Positions 29,723-40,235 of a DNA stretch of 64,000 nt are shown piece after piece (position 1 is the stretch's first letter; every line of letters begins with the position of its first letter). The translations under genes were made by a program, and so were the position numbers. Source of the DNA: an uncultured Bacilli bacterium (GTDB lineage: Bacteria > Bacillota_I > Bacilli_A > RF39 > UBA660); contig CANRCX010000003.1 of NCBI GenBank assembly GCA_947629235.1, positions 9,069 through 73,068 of the forward strand. The letters run 5' to 3'. The notes under the pieces are model-generated. The model was not told where the DNA came from and made no database searches. It worked only from the letters and a program-made list of their open reading frames with translations.

Positions 29723-30898
29723 ATGAATTGTAAAAAATGTGGAACTCTTTTATCTCCTACAGATACAGTTTGTAGTAATTGTGGAGAACCTGTTAATGCT
29801 CAACCAACGTTAACACCAGAAGTAAATATTCAACCAGAAGTACAAAATGTAAATCCAATGCCTACTGAACAACCAGTACAAGCAGATGTAAATAATTTAC
29901 CTACAATGGATAGTGTTATTCAAAGTGAGACTGCCCCAGTAGTAGGAGCTGTAGAAACACCTGTTAATCCAATTTCAACTGTTGATCTTAATGCAGCAAA
30001 TATGAATCCAACACCAGTTACAGAAACTCCAGTATCTGTAACACCAACTATAGATACTAATGTAACTAATCCAGTAAGTGAAGTTGCAAGTGCACCTGTA
30101 CAACCAATGAGTAGTCCAACACCAGAACCAGTAAGTGCACCAAATCCTATGGGAAATCAAATGAATATGCAACAAAATAATATGACTCAAGAACAACCAA
30201 AAAATAATAAAACATTATTTATTGTAATAGTAGTTGTTTTAGTAGTAGCTATTGCTGTACTTGGATACTTTATAGTAAGTAAAAAACTTACAAATAACAA
30301 CACAAATAATACAAACAACAATACAAATAATAACACAAACACAAATACAAATACACCAACAAATACAAATACTAACAATAATCAAGTATCAGAAAATTCG
30401 TTAAAATATGAAGATTTTGAATTTAGTATTCCTAAAAATTATGAAGGAGAAGTAACATCTAGTCGTATACAACTTATAAATAATACTGACAGATTAATAG
30501 TTGTAGTTGTTCCACATGAATATGTATTATTTGAAGATTTTAAAGCAATTAAAGATGACTATAAAAATAGTTTTTCAACATCAGATTATAATATAACAAG
30601 TCTTACTGAAAAAAATGTTTCTAATATTGATTGGATAGTATTAACTGGTTCTTTCAATGCAGAAGGTGTAGAAATTCCATGTATGTTTGCAGTAGCTGCT
30701 TTAGGACAATATCATACGATAGAAATTGGTGTCTTAAATTATGGAAGCAAATCAAATGATGAAATATTAAATGATATGGCTCAAATTGTTAATTCAGCTA
30801 AATATAAAGGAACAGTTAATTTCTCACCAAGTGAAGAAAAGAATCCAGTTGAATTTAGTGAAGAAATAAAAAATATTAAAAATTCTAGTTTAGATTAA
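29723..30898 (+). CDS. zinc-ribbon / single-TM protein with P/T-rich and N/T-repeat linkers
   Basis: MNCKKCG-x11-CSNCG, P/T/V-rich 130 aa, TM LFIVIVVVLVVAIAVLGYFIV, (N/T)n tract, about 170-aa C-terminal domain. Confidence 0.6.
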   Translation: MNCKKCGTLLSPTDTVCSNCGEPVNAQPTLTPEVNIQPEVQNVNPMPTEQPVQADVNNLPTMDSVIQSETAPVVGAVETPVNPISTVDLNAANMNPTPVTETPVSVTPTIDTNVTNPVSEVASAPVQPMSSPTPEPVSAPNPMGNQMNMQQNNMTQEQPKNNKTLFIVIVVVLVVAIAVLGYFIVSKKLTNNNTNNTNNNTNNNTNTNTNTPTNTNTNNNQVSENSLKYEDFEFSIPKNYEGEVTSSRIQLINNTDRLIVVVVPHEYVLFEDFKAIKDDYKNSFSTSDYNITSLTEKNVSNIDWIVLTGSFNAEGVEIPCMFAVAALGQYHTIEIGVLNYGSKSNDEILNDMAQIVNSAKYKGTVNFSPSEEKNPVEFSEEIKNIKNSSLD

Positions 30899-30904
30899 GA
30901 GTAA

Positions 30905-30926
30905 AAAGAGTAATTTACTCTTTTTA
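30905..30926 (+). terminator. intrinsic terminator
   Basis: AAGAGTA att TACTCTT followed by TTT. Confidence 0.55.
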
Positions 30927-30927
30927 A

Positions 30928-30956
30928 TTGCAATAAATTTTTTACAATGATATAAT
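30928..30956 (+). promoter_or_regulatory. promoter (TTGCAA-17-TATAAT)
   Basis: TTGCAA 30928..30933, TATAAT 30951..30956. Confidence 0.5.
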
Positions 30957-30984
30957 TTAATAAAAGAATGGTAGTGTGATATTA

Positions 30985-32967
30985 ATGAATTGTAAAAAAT
31001 GTGGTAAACAAATAAATAGTACATCAAAATTTTGTCCATATTGTGGTGAATCAATAACAGATAATAGTTTTTTATCAAAGACACAAAAAATAATAATTAT
31101 TTCTTTATTATCAGTAATAATTGTGTTTTTATCAATAATATTATTTTTGCCTGATAAGTATTTCAAAAAAGATGATACAAGAACTATAATGATTTATATA
31201 GTTGGAAGTGATTTAGAAACAGATGCTGGAATTGTAACATATGATCTTTCAGTAATAGATCCTGCTAAGATTGATTTAACTAAAACTAATATATTATTGT
31301 ATACTGGTGGTACAACTAAATGGCAAAATTTTATAAGTAATGAAGAAAATCAAATCTATATATTAAAAGAAAATGGTTTTGAAAAAATTGAATCTCAAAG
31401 TCAATTAAACATGGGAGATCCAGATACATTAACAAACTTTATGAAATATTGTTATGATAATTATAAAACGAGTAGATATGATTTAGTTCTTTATGATCAT
31501 GGTGGAGCAATAGATGGAGCTATATATGATGATTTTACTGATGATAATTTATCATTAGAAGATATGGAAACAGCTTTAAAAAATAGTCCATTTAATAAAA
31601 ATAATAAATTAGAAGCAGTTCTTTTTAGAACATGTTTAAATGGTACTATTGAAATTGCTAATGTATTTAATGATTATTCAGAGTATTTAATAGCTTCTGA
31701 AGAAACTTCTTGGGGATCACCTTATACTGATGTTTTAGGTTTTTTAAATGATCTTATACCAGAAGATAATGGATTAGAGTTTGGAAAGAAATTTGTTGAG
31801 TCATATGATGAACAAATGAAAATATTAAATAGGACTGGTGATATTGTACAAACTTACTCTGTTATTGATTTAACAAAAATAGATGATTTAAATGCAAAGT
31901 TGGATAGCTATATAAAATCACTTGATATTAATAAAAATTATAAAAATATAGTTCAAATACGTAGTAGTATTTATCAATATGGTGTATCAGGTAATGATGG
32001 TAGTTATGATATGATTGATTTATATGAATTCATTGATAAAACATCAAAATATGCTACTGAAGATGCAAGTGATTTATTAAAAATAATAGAAGAAACTGTA
32101 AAATATAATAGTTCAAATAGAAATGATGCACATGGATTATCAATATATTTTCCTTTTAATGGTGTAAAAAATGCAAAAGCTTATTTCTTAAGAGTTTATA
32201 ATAATTTAGATTACTCAAACGAATATAAAAATTTTATAGAAACTTTTAATAGTATGCAACAATCTCCAGATGGTTATACATTTAGTTTTTCTAATAATAA
32301 ATTAACTTCTTCTGCTTCTAATAATAGTTTTTCTATTACATTAACTAATGAACAATTAAATACATTCTCAGCTGGTTTATTTGCAATATTTGAAAAAGAT
32401 CCAGAACATCCAAATTATTATAAACCAATATTTAGTTCAGATGATACAACATTAGAAAATAATGTATTAAAAGCCAACATTAATAATAAAATGTTAAAAA
32501 TAAAAGATGATGATGGAAAAGAATATTATGTGCTTACATATTATAGAAAAAATGGTAATATTACAAGAAGAGTTGGTGGATTCTTATACAAAAAAGATTC
32601 AAAAATATTTGATGAAGGATATATGAATTCAGTAGACTTTATTATATCAGATGATAAAGGTACACCATTTATTTCAGCAGCAAAATTAATAAGTAAAAAT
32701 GATAGAATAAATGGTACATTATTAAATTTAGAAGATTACTATGATCTTGAAATTACATCAAACAGTTTTGGAATTTTAGATAGTAAGGGAAATGTAATTG
32801 ATGATTGGGAAGCATCTCCAGTAGTTACTGGATATTCAACTAATCTTAATGAAATAGAATTAAAAAATTCAGGACTTGATAAAGGGGATAATTATTATGG
32901 ATTATTTATATTAAAAGATATTTATGGTAATAGTAGTTATTCAAAATTAGTAAAGATAGGAGAGTAA
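30985..32967 (+). CDS. zinc-ribbon-anchored membrane protein with clostripain-like (peptidase C11) domain
   Basis: MNCKKCG-x11-CPYCG, TM segment, then IMIYIVGSDLE, LVLYDHGGAIDG (catalytic His) and VLFRTCLNGTIE (catalytic Cys) as in C11 peptidases. The ORF track start at 30976 is a GTG 3 codons upstream. Confidence 0.7.
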   Translation: MNCKKCGKQINSTSKFCPYCGESITDNSFLSKTQKIIIISLLSVIIVFLSIILFLPDKYFKKDDTRTIMIYIVGSDLETDAGIVTYDLSVIDPAKIDLTKTNILLYTGGTTKWQNFISNEENQIYILKENGFEKIESQSQLNMGDPDTLTNFMKYCYDNYKTSRYDLVLYDHGGAIDGAIYDDFTDDNLSLEDMETALKNSPFNKNNKLEAVLFRTCLNGTIEIANVFNDYSEYLIASEETSWGSPYTDVLGFLNDLIPEDNGLEFGKKFVESYDEQMKILNRTGDIVQTYSVIDLTKIDDLNAKLDSYIKSLDINKNYKNIVQIRSSIYQYGVSGNDGSYDMIDLYEFIDKTSKYATEDASDLLKIIEETVKYNSSNRNDAHGLSIYFPFNGVKNAKAYFLRVYNNLDYSNEYKNFIETFNSMQQSPDGYTFSFSNNKLTSSASNNSFSITLTNEQLNTFSAGLFAIFEKDPEHPNYYKPIFSSDDTTLENNVLKANINNKMLKIKDDDGKEYYVLTYYRKNGNITRRVGGFLYKKDSKIFDEGYMNSVDFIISDDKGTPFISAAKLISKNDRINGTLLNLEDYYDLEITSNSFGILDSKGNVIDDWEASPVVTGYSTNLNEIELKNSGLDKGDNYYGLFILKDIYGNSSYSKLVKIGE

Positions 32968-32968
32968 T

Positions 32969-33967
32969 ATGAATTGTCAAAAATGTGGTAATAATTTAAA
33001 CCCAAACGAAGAATTTTGTTCAAATTGTGGAGAAAAAGTAAATAGAAATAATACTGTTAATACAACAACTGAAAATAATACTAAAAAAAGTAATAAAATT
33101 ATAGTTATAGTAGCATTTATAGTAGTATTTGTAATAGCAACATTATTAGGAATATTTATTGGTAAAAAACTAGAGAAAGATGATTGTAATGAATTACTAA
33201 ATAAATGTGAAAATAGTAAAACTGAAAATAATAATGTGAATAACAATAATGATAAAGATGATGAAGATGAAGAAGATGATAATGATATTTTAAATCAAAA
33301 ATATACTTATAAATTATATAATACTAAAATGCCAAAAGAGGCAAATTCTACTAATGATTTAACAAAGAATATAGAAATATATAGTATTTTCTTTAATCCA
33401 GAAAATACTAGTGGTAAATATGCAAGAGCATATATTTATGGTAAAAATAAAAATAATGTTCCAGTAAGTCTTAATTTATTTGTAGATTATTATGATTCTG
33501 AAAATTATAGAATAGATGAAGATAGTGTTTATGATTTAAGTGTAAAAGCTAATAGTGAGTTTGTAGCCGAAATAAGTGCTAGTGATGATAGTTTAAACTA
33601 TAAAACTTCAAAATTATTATATTCAGCTAGTAATTTTAAATCATATAATATAGATATAGATAATAAAGATATAAAAGTAGAAGATACTTTAGTTGAAGAT
33701 TATTCAGGTAAAGATATAGATATAACATTAAAAAACAATTCAAAATTATCTATAAAATCAGGAACTATAGCTTGTATATATTATAAAAATAAAAATATTG
33801 TTTTTGCAACAGATGCTTATGTAAGTAAAATTGATGCTGGTAAAGCTGGTAAATCAACTTGCTATGGTCATCAATTAGCATTAGATGAAAATTATAAATC
33901 TTATATAGAATATGATGACTATAAAGTAGTATTATTTTCAGCATATGGTTATGATGATAACTACTAG
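32969..33967 (+). CDS. zinc-ribbon / single-TM protein with acidic linker and beta-rich C-terminal domain
   Basis: MNCQKCG-x11-CSNCG, TM IIVIVAFIVVFVIATLLGIFIG, DKDDEDEEDDND linker; 1-nt gap after the C11 gene. Confidence 0.55.
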   Translation: MNCQKCGNNLNPNEEFCSNCGEKVNRNNTVNTTTENNTKKSNKIIVIVAFIVVFVIATLLGIFIGKKLEKDDCNELLNKCENSKTENNNVNNNNDKDDEDEEDDNDILNQKYTYKLYNTKMPKEANSTNDLTKNIEIYSIFFNPENTSGKYARAYIYGKNKNNVPVSLNLFVDYYDSENYRIDEDSVYDLSVKANSEFVAEISASDDSLNYKTSKLLYSASNFKSYNIDIDNKDIKVEDTLVEDYSGKDIDITLKNNSKLSIKSGTIACIYYKNKNIVFATDAYVSKIDAGKAGKSTCYGHQLALDENYKSYIEYDDYKVVLFSAYGYDDNY

Positions 33968-33972
33968 TAACG

Positions 33973-34007
33973 AAACAATAATTCACTGTGAATTATTGTT
34001 TTTTTTA
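33973..34007 (+). terminator. intrinsic terminator
   Basis: ACAATAATTCA ctg TGAATTATTGT 11-bp stem followed by T7. Confidence 0.7.
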
Positions 34008-34040
34008 TGTTAATCATTTATAATATTTTTGTGATGTAAA

Positions 34041-35033
34041 ATGATTTTAAGTATTTGTGATGATCCAGATGTTTTAAGTGTAATGAGAATAATTATAATA
34101 GTTATTAATATTGTAAAAATAATAGTTCCAATAATATTAATAATAACTGGTATGATTTCATTTACTAAAGCAGTAGTTGATAGTGACTATCAAAAACCAT
34201 TAAAACAATTAGTTACTAAAGTAGTAGCAGCCATACTTGTATTTTTTATTCCAACGTTTGTTTCAATTGTAGTAAACATATTTGATACAAAAGATATATA
34301 TTATAGTTGTATTGAAAATGCAACAAAAGAAAAAATTGAAGAAGGTTATGTAAATAGAGCAAAACTATATGTTTTAAATGCTAAAAATAGTTTAAGTATT
34401 AGTTATTATCAATATGCTGTTGGTAAAGTAAATAAATTAAAAAATTCAAGTGCAAAAGAAGAATTAACAAATGAATTAAATTCTGTTTATGAAGAAATAC
34501 AAGCTGCAATGAAAGAAAGAGAAGAGAAAAAGAAACAAGGAACATCAGGTAAAATAAATCCTGATGGAGAATATTCTAAAGTTGATGTTATTGATATGGA
34601 TGAACAAAGAGTAAGAGACATGACAAATGAAGAATTTATTGAATTTATGGCAAGTAACGCAAGACTTGTATATGCAGAATATGGTGGAGTTCTTCCAAGT
34701 ATTACAATAGCACAAGCTATACTTGAATCAGGTTGGGGTAATAGTTTTGAATCAACTTCTCATAATTTATTTGGTTTAATTGGATATCCAGGTGAAAAAC
34801 CAAAAGTGAATAAACTTAGAAAATTTGATAATTTTTATGAAGCAACATATTATCATTATGCATATTTTCAAAATTATTCAAATGTTTATGGTAATTTCTT
34901 AAATTTATGTGCCAGTGGTGATGCAATTGGGGCATCACAATATTTATATGCTTATGCAGGTGGATCTCAAACATATGCACCAAAAATTATTTCATTAATT
35001 AATCAATATAATTTAACACAATATGATCATTAG
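34041..35033 (+). CDS. membrane-anchored N-acetylglucosaminidase-domain peptidoglycan hydrolase
   Basis: Two N-terminal TM segments. The C-terminal ITIAQAILESGWGNS...HNLFGL motif is typical of the mannosyl-glycoprotein endo-beta-N-acetylglucosaminidase domain. Confidence 0.7.
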   Translation: MILSICDDPDVLSVMRIIIIVINIVKIIVPIILIITGMISFTKAVVDSDYQKPLKQLVTKVVAAILVFFIPTFVSIVVNIFDTKDIYYSCIENATKEKIEEGYVNRAKLYVLNAKNSLSISYYQYAVGKVNKLKNSSAKEELTNELNSVYEEIQAAMKEREEKKKQGTSGKINPDGEYSKVDVIDMDEQRVRDMTNEEFIEFMASNARLVYAEYGGVLPSITIAQAILESGWGNSFESTSHNLFGLIGYPGEKPKVNKLRKFDNFYEATYYHYAYFQNYSNVYGNFLNLCASGDAIGASQYLYAYAGGSQTYAPKIISLINQYNLTQYDH

Positions 35034-35141
35034 GATGTTAGTAACTATTACTAAATAAATATTGTTTAAAATAATATATAATGATAAAATATGTACGTTA
35101 TTTATTAAATATAGTTAATAATATAAGTAGGAAGTGATATT

Positions 35142-37094
35142 ATGTTTAAATTAGTATCAAAATATAAACCAAGTGGAGATCAACCAAATGCTATTAAAGA
35201 ATTAGTTGATGGACTTAATAGTGGTAAAAAAGATCAAGTATTACTTGGAGCTACTGGTACTGGTAAAACTTTTACTATTGCAAATGTTATAGAGAAAGTT
35301 AATAAGCCAACATTAGTTCTTGCTCATAATAAGACTCTAGCAGGACAACTATATGCAGAATTTAAAGAATTATTTCCAGAAAATAAAGTAGAATATTTTG
35401 TTTCTTATTATGACTATTATCAACCAGAAGCATATGTTCCTTCTAAAGACTTGTATATAGAAAAAGATTCATCTATTAATGATGAAATAGATGAATTAAG
35501 ACATGCAGCAGTATCAGCAATTATTGATAGAAGAGATACTATTATTGTATCTAGTGTATCTTGTATATATAATATAGGTGAAAAAGAAGAATATATAAAT
35601 AAGATGTTAAATTTATCAGTAGGACAAATTATTAATAGAGATGATATATTAGAAAAATTAGTTAGTATGCAATATGAAAGAAATACTATTGATTTTAAAA
35701 GAGGTACTTTTAGAGTAAATGGAGACATAATAGAATTAATACCTATTGGTGAAAAGAAAAATGGTATTAGAATTGAAATGTTTGATGATGAAATAGAGAA
35801 GATTAGTTTATTTGAACCACTTACAGGAAGACTTATAAATAATGTTAAAACTATTAGTATATTTCCAGCATCATTATTTGTAACTAGTGATGAAAAAATG
35901 AAAGAAGCAACTAGTAGAATAGAAAAAGAATTAGTATCTAGATTAAAAGAACTACATGAAAATGGAAAACTTTTAGAAGAACAAAGATTAAAAGAAAGAA
36001 CTATGTATGACTTAGAAATGTTAAAAGAAACAGGATTTTGTCATGGCATAGAAAATTATAGTAGACATTTAAGTTTAAGAGATGCAGGTGAAACACCAAC
36101 TACATTAATAGACTTTTTCCCAGATGATTTTTTACTTGTAATTGATGAAAGCCATGTTACACTTCCACAAGTAAGGGGAATGTATAATGGAGATCATATG
36201 AGAAAACAAACTCTTGTTGATTATGGATTTAGACTACCTAGTGCAATGGATAATAGACCACTTAAATTTGATGAATTTAGAAGTAAATTAAATCAAACAA
36301 TTTATGTATCCGCAACCCCTGGAGATTATGAATTATCTCTTGTAGATAAACAAGTAGAACAAATAATTAGACCAACTGGGTTACTTGATCCAATTATTGA
36401 AGTTAGACCTACTAAAAATCAAATAGATAACATATTAGATGAAATAAATGATAGAATTTCTAAAAATGAAAGAGTATTAATTACAACACTTACTATTCGT
36501 ATGAGTGAAGAATTAACGTCTTATTTAAAAGAACTAGGATATAAAGTAACTTACTTGCATAATGAAATTAAAACTTTAGAAAGATTAAATATTATTAGAA
36601 ATTTAAGACTTGGTAAAATAGATATAATAGTAGGAATAAACTTATTAAGAGAAGGACTTGATATTCCAGAAGTATCATTAATATGTATAATGGATGCTGA
36701 TAAACAAGGATTCTTAAGAAGTGATAGAAGTTTAATTCAAACTATAGGTCGTGCTGCCAGAAACGCAAATGGTAAAGTAATTATGTATGCTGATTATGTG
36801 AGTGATGCGATGAGAGTAGCGATTGATGAAACATCAAGAAGAAGAAGTATTCAAGAAAAATATAATAAAGAACATAACATAACTCCAAAAACAATAGTAA
36901 AAGATATAAGTGAATCTATATCAAATGAAGTAGAAGAAGAAAAAATAGATAAGAAAAAATATTCTAAGAAAGAAATTAATGATATGGTACATAAACTTGA
37001 AATTGAAATGCGTGAAGCAGCTAGTAAACTTGATTTTGAAAGAGCAACTGAACTTAGAGATATTATATTTGAACTTAAAAGTTTAGATGATTAA
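35142..37094 (+). CDS. uvrB: excinuclease ABC subunit B
   Basis: [38 protein letters not shown]-terminal UVR domain FERATELRD. Confidence 0.97.
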   Translation: MFKLVSKYKPSGDQPNAIKELVDGLNSGKKDQVLLGATGTGKTFTIANVIEKVNKPTLVLAHNKTLAGQLYAEFKELFPENKVEYFVSYYDYYQPEAYVPSKDLYIEKDSSINDEIDELRHAAVSAIIDRRDTIIVSSVSCIYNIGEKEEYINKMLNLSVGQIINRDDILEKLVSMQYERNTIDFKRGTFRVNGDIIELIPIGEKKNGIRIEMFDDEIEKISLFEPLTGRLINNVKTISIFPASLFVTSDEKMKEATSRIEKELVSRLKELHENGKLLEEQRLKERTMYDLEMLKETGFCHGIENYSRHLSLRDAGETPTTLIDFFPDDFLLVIDESHVTLPQVRGMYNGDHMRKQTLVDYGFRLPSAMDNRPLKFDEFRSKLNQTIYVSATPGDYELSLVDKQVEQIIRPTGLLDPIIEVRPTKNQIDNILDEINDRISKNERVLITTLTIRMSEELTSYLKELGYKVTYLHNEIKTLERLNIIRNLRLGKIDIIVGINLLREGLDIPEVSLICIMDADKQGFLRSDRSLIQTIGRAARNANGKVIMYADYVSDAMRVAIDETSRRRSIQEKYNKEHNITPKTIVKDISESISNEVEEEKIDKKKYSKKEINDMVHKLEIEMREAASKLDFERATELRDIIFELKSLDD

Positions 37095-37124
37095 AAAATG
37101 GCTTTAAAAAAGCCATTTTATTTT
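37095..37124. terminator. bidirectional intrinsic terminator between uvrB and the convergent small gene
   Basis: AAAATGGCTTT aaa AAAGCCATTTT perfect stem flanked by A and T runs. Confidence 0.7.
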
Positions 37125-37414
37125 GTTAATTTCTTTGTAAATCCATTAGAACTTTTAAATTTACAATAATCTTTTAAATCATTATATTCCATTTCTTCTC
37201 TATCTTTAATATGATTATAAACAATATCATATATTTGTGGATATTTTCTATAAAGACAATTTAATGTTGTAATAAAAGCTCCATAATCATTAACTGGTGT
37301 ACTAAATACAAATTGTCCTTCTACTGCTTTAGCATCAAAAAAAGTAATAGTGCCATCATCATTTAATATTATGCCTGTACTTAATTCATCTGTATATTTA
37401 ATTTCAAATTTCAT
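37118..37414 (-). CDS. hypothetical protein
   Basis: ORF 37118..37462. The likely start is MKFEIKY at 37414, preceded by AAAGGAAA Shine-Dalgarno. Confidence 0.45.
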   Translation of the reverse strand: MKFEIKYTDELSTGIILNDDGTITFFDAKAVEGQFVFSTPVNDYGAFITTLNCLYRKYPQIYDIVYNHIKDREEMEYNDLKDYCKFKSSNGFTKKLTK

Positions 37415-37528
37415 ATTATTTTCCTTTCTTTTTAATATATTATAATTAAAAGTAAAATTCATGTCAAATAAATTTATCTATCATAATATAGCAAATTATG
37501 TTATAATACACCTTGGAGTTGATGTAGT

Positions 37529-38950
37529 ATGAAAACACCAAATATGCTTAATGCTAAAAAGAGAAATGTTAAAGCACCAGAATATGTTTCTTATGATAAA
37601 AAATATGATAAATTTGGTAAGAATAAAAAATATTATGTAAGAACTTATGGTTGCCAAATGAATGAACATGATAGTGAAAAGATAAAAGGTATGTTAGAAA
37701 GTGTAGGATTTACTTCATGTGAAAGTGAGAAAGATGCAGATATAGTAATATTAAATACTTGTGCTATTAGAGAAAATGCACATGATAAAGTATTTGGTTT
37801 TTTAGGTGTATTAAAACATTTAAAAGATACTACTAAACCTAATTTACTAGTTGGTGTTTGTGGATGTATGTCTCAAGAAGAAGTAGTAGTTAAAGAAATA
37901 TTAAATAAATATAAATATGTTGATTTTGTTTGTGGAACACATAATTTAGATAATTTACTTACAATTATTAAAAATAAAATAGATACTAATCAAATGCAAG
38001 TAGAAGTTGAAAGTTATGAAGGAGATATTGTTGAAAATATACCAGTTGATAGGGATAGTAAATATTCTGCTTGGGTTGATATTATTTATGGTTGCGATAA
38101 GTTTTGTACTTATTGCATAGTTCCATACACTAGGGGTAGTCAAAGAAGTAGAAAAAAAGAAGATATTTTAGAAGAAATTAAAAAATTAAAAGAAGATGGA
38201 TATAAAGAAGTAACATTACTAGGACAAAATGTTAATGCTTATGGAAAAGATTTATATGATGATTATAATCTTGCTAATTTACTTAAAGATGTAAGTGATA
38301 TTGGAATAGATAGAATTAGATTTGTAACATCTCATCCATGGGATTTCACTGATGAAATGGTAGATGTTATCGCAGAATGTGATAATATAATGCCATATAT
38401 TCATTTACCACTTCAATCAGGAAGTAATAAAATATTAAAATTAATGAATAGAAGATATACAAAAGAAGAATATTTAAAATTATATAATTCTATTCGTGAA
38501 AAAGTTAAAAATTCTAGTATTACAACAGATATAATAGTAGGTTTTCCAGGTGAAACAGAAGAAGATTTTGAAGAAACACTTGATGTTGTAAATAAATGTA
38601 AATTTGACGGGGCTTTTACATTTGCATTTTCTAAAAGAGAAAATACACCAGCTGCATTAATGAAAGAAACTGTAAGTGAAGAAGAAAAATTAGATAGACT
38701 TCATAGATTAAATGAAGTAGTTAATAAATATAGCAATATGGCTAATAAAAAAATGATGGGTAAAATAGTTAAATGCTTAGTAACATCACTTAGTGATAAA
38801 GATAAAAATAAAGTATGTGGTTATACTGAAAATATGAAACTTGTTAATATTAAAGGAGATAAATCATTAATAGGTAAAATAGTTGATGTTAAAATAACTG
38901 ATACTAAGAGTTTCTCACTTGATGGAGAGTATGTAAAAAAAGATATTTAA
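37529..38950 (+). CDS. miaB: tRNA (N6-isopentenyl adenosine(37)-C2)-methylthiotransferase
   Basis: YVRTYGCQMNEHDSE, radical-SAM CDKFCTYCIVPYTRG, C-terminal TRAM domain. Confidence 0.93.
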   Translation: MKTPNMLNAKKRNVKAPEYVSYDKKYDKFGKNKKYYVRTYGCQMNEHDSEKIKGMLESVGFTSCESEKDADIVILNTCAIRENAHDKVFGFLGVLKHLKDTTKPNLLVGVCGCMSQEEVVVKEILNKYKYVDFVCGTHNLDNLLTIIKNKIDTNQMQVEVESYEGDIVENIPVDRDSKYSAWVDIIYGCDKFCTYCIVPYTRGSQRSRKKEDILEEIKKLKEDGYKEVTLLGQNVNAYGKDLYDDYNLANLLKDVSDIGIDRIRFVTSHPWDFTDEMVDVIAECDNIMPYIHLPLQSGSNKILKLMNRRYTKEEYLKLYNSIREKVKNSSITTDIIVGFPGETEEDFEETLDVVNKCKFDGAFTFAFSKRENTPAALMKETVSEEEKLDRLHRLNEVVNKYSNMANKKMMGKIVKCLVTSLSDKDKNKVCGYTENMKLVNIKGDKSLIGKIVDVKITDTKSFSLDGEYVKKDI

Positions 38951-38962
38951 TATCTTTTTTTA
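38935..38962 (+). terminator. intrinsic terminator of miaB
   Basis: AAAAAAGATA tttaa TATCTTTTTTT. Confidence 0.55.
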
Positions 38963-39039
38963 ATTGATTGAATTACAAAAAAATGTTACTATCAATATAT
39001 AAAATATTACAAATTAATATTTTTAGAAGGAGAAAAATT

Positions 39040-39612
39040 ATGAAAATTGCTATAACTAAAAAAAGTTTAATTCCATTATTAGTTTTAATTTTTGCTTCCC
39101 CAATAATTATATCAATAGTTATGATATTTCAATGGAATCCTGAAAATGGGATTTTAATGGGAGTTATAATAGGAATAATATGGGCGTTTGCTTTTTTCAC
39201 ATCATACATTTGTATTAAAGAAGTAAAAAATAATCCTTATCCTTTTTCATATTTATTAGATTATGAAACATTAATTAAATATATGAAAGAAGAAGAAAAA
39301 TTTAGTTTTGATAATAAATTAGAAGGTGGATTTCATTATTATTTATATCAAAATAATGAGAAGATAGAAGTACAAGCTTGGTATTATACTTTCTCTAGTA
39401 TTGAAAGTGAAAAAGAAAAAGGAAATATATATTATTGGAATAAAGAAGAATTTAATTCATTAGATAGCCTTATAGAAAATAAAATAAAAAGATTTGATGG
39501 TTATATTTTAATTGAATTAATTGATAGTGATAATAAAATGCTTAATGATTTTAAAGAAACTCATAAAGAGTTAGATGTAGTTAAATATATAGAAAATTTA
39601 AATATTAAATAG
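39040..39612 (+). CDS. hypothetical membrane protein
   Basis: AAGGAG Shine-Dalgarno upstream of ATG 39040 (MKIAITKK); two TM segments. The ORF track start at 38968 lacks a Shine-Dalgarno. Confidence 0.5.
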   Translation: MKIAITKKSLIPLLVLIFASPIIISIVMIFQWNPENGILMGVIIGIIWAFAFFTSYICIKEVKNNPYPFSYLLDYETLIKYMKEEEKFSFDNKLEGGFHYYLYQNNEKIEVQAWYYTFSSIESEKEKGNIYYWNKEEFNSLDSLIENKIKRFDGYILIELIDSDNKMLNDFKETHKELDVVKYIENLNIK

Positions 39613-39624
39613 TTTATTTTTATT

Positions 39625-39646
39625 AAGAGTGAAATCACTCTTTTTA
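39625..39646 (+). terminator. intrinsic terminator
   Basis: AAGAGTGA aa TCACTCTT followed by TTT. Confidence 0.55.
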
Positions 39647-39713
39647 TTAGTAACAAAATAAATCATTTGACAAAATATTATCAAAATATTATATTGTTTA
39701 TAGAGGTAATTTT

Positions 39714-40235
39714 ATGAGAAGATTATATATTGATTTTGATGGAGTAGTTATGGATACTATTCCTACATTATATAGAGATTTAGAAAAGAAAGGTATATCA
39801 CTTGATGATGATGAAAGTGTAAGAACTGCTTTTTTTGCTGAATATGATTTTAGTCAAGTTATTAAAGATAAATATATTTTAAATGATTCAATTAATTGTA
39901 TTAACAAATTAATTAAAAGTAAAAGATTTGAAATAAGTTTTTTATCACATATTAATTCTTTAAGAGAAGGTACAGTTAAAATAAGATATTTAAGAAGACA
40001 TTTTAAAAATATAACAATTATTCTAGTACCAAAGGGAGTATCTAAAACTAAAATGGTTCATAGTAAAGATGCTATATTAGTAGATGATTTTAGTGGTAAC
40101 TTAAGAGAATGGAATGAAACAGGTGGTATAGCAGTTAGATTTTCTAAAGATTTAGAATCAAAAGGATATAAAGTTATAGATAGATTAGATAAACTTTTAG
40201 ATATGTTTGATAAAAATGGAGATTTAATATGTTAA
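39714..40235 (+). CDS. HAD-superfamily hydrolase, 5'(3')-deoxyribonucleotidase-like
   Basis: LYIDFDGVVMDT DxDxV motif; ILVDDFSGNLREW. Confidence 0.5.
   Translation: MRRLYIDFDGVVMDTIPTLYRDLEKKGISLDDDESVRTAFFAEYDFSQVIKDKYILNDSINCINKLIKSKRFEISFLSHINSLREGTVKIRYLRRHFKNITIILVPKGVSKTKMVHSKDAILVDDFSGNLREWNETGGIAVRFSKDLESKGYKVIDRLDKLLDMFDKNGDLIC

Noticed and set aside
34041-35033. Glucosaminidase as a marker of a prophage or conjugative element
   Set aside because: There are no flanking phage or conjugation genes (holin, portal, relaxase, VirB4 or VirD4-like). The neighbours are chromosomal housekeeping genes.
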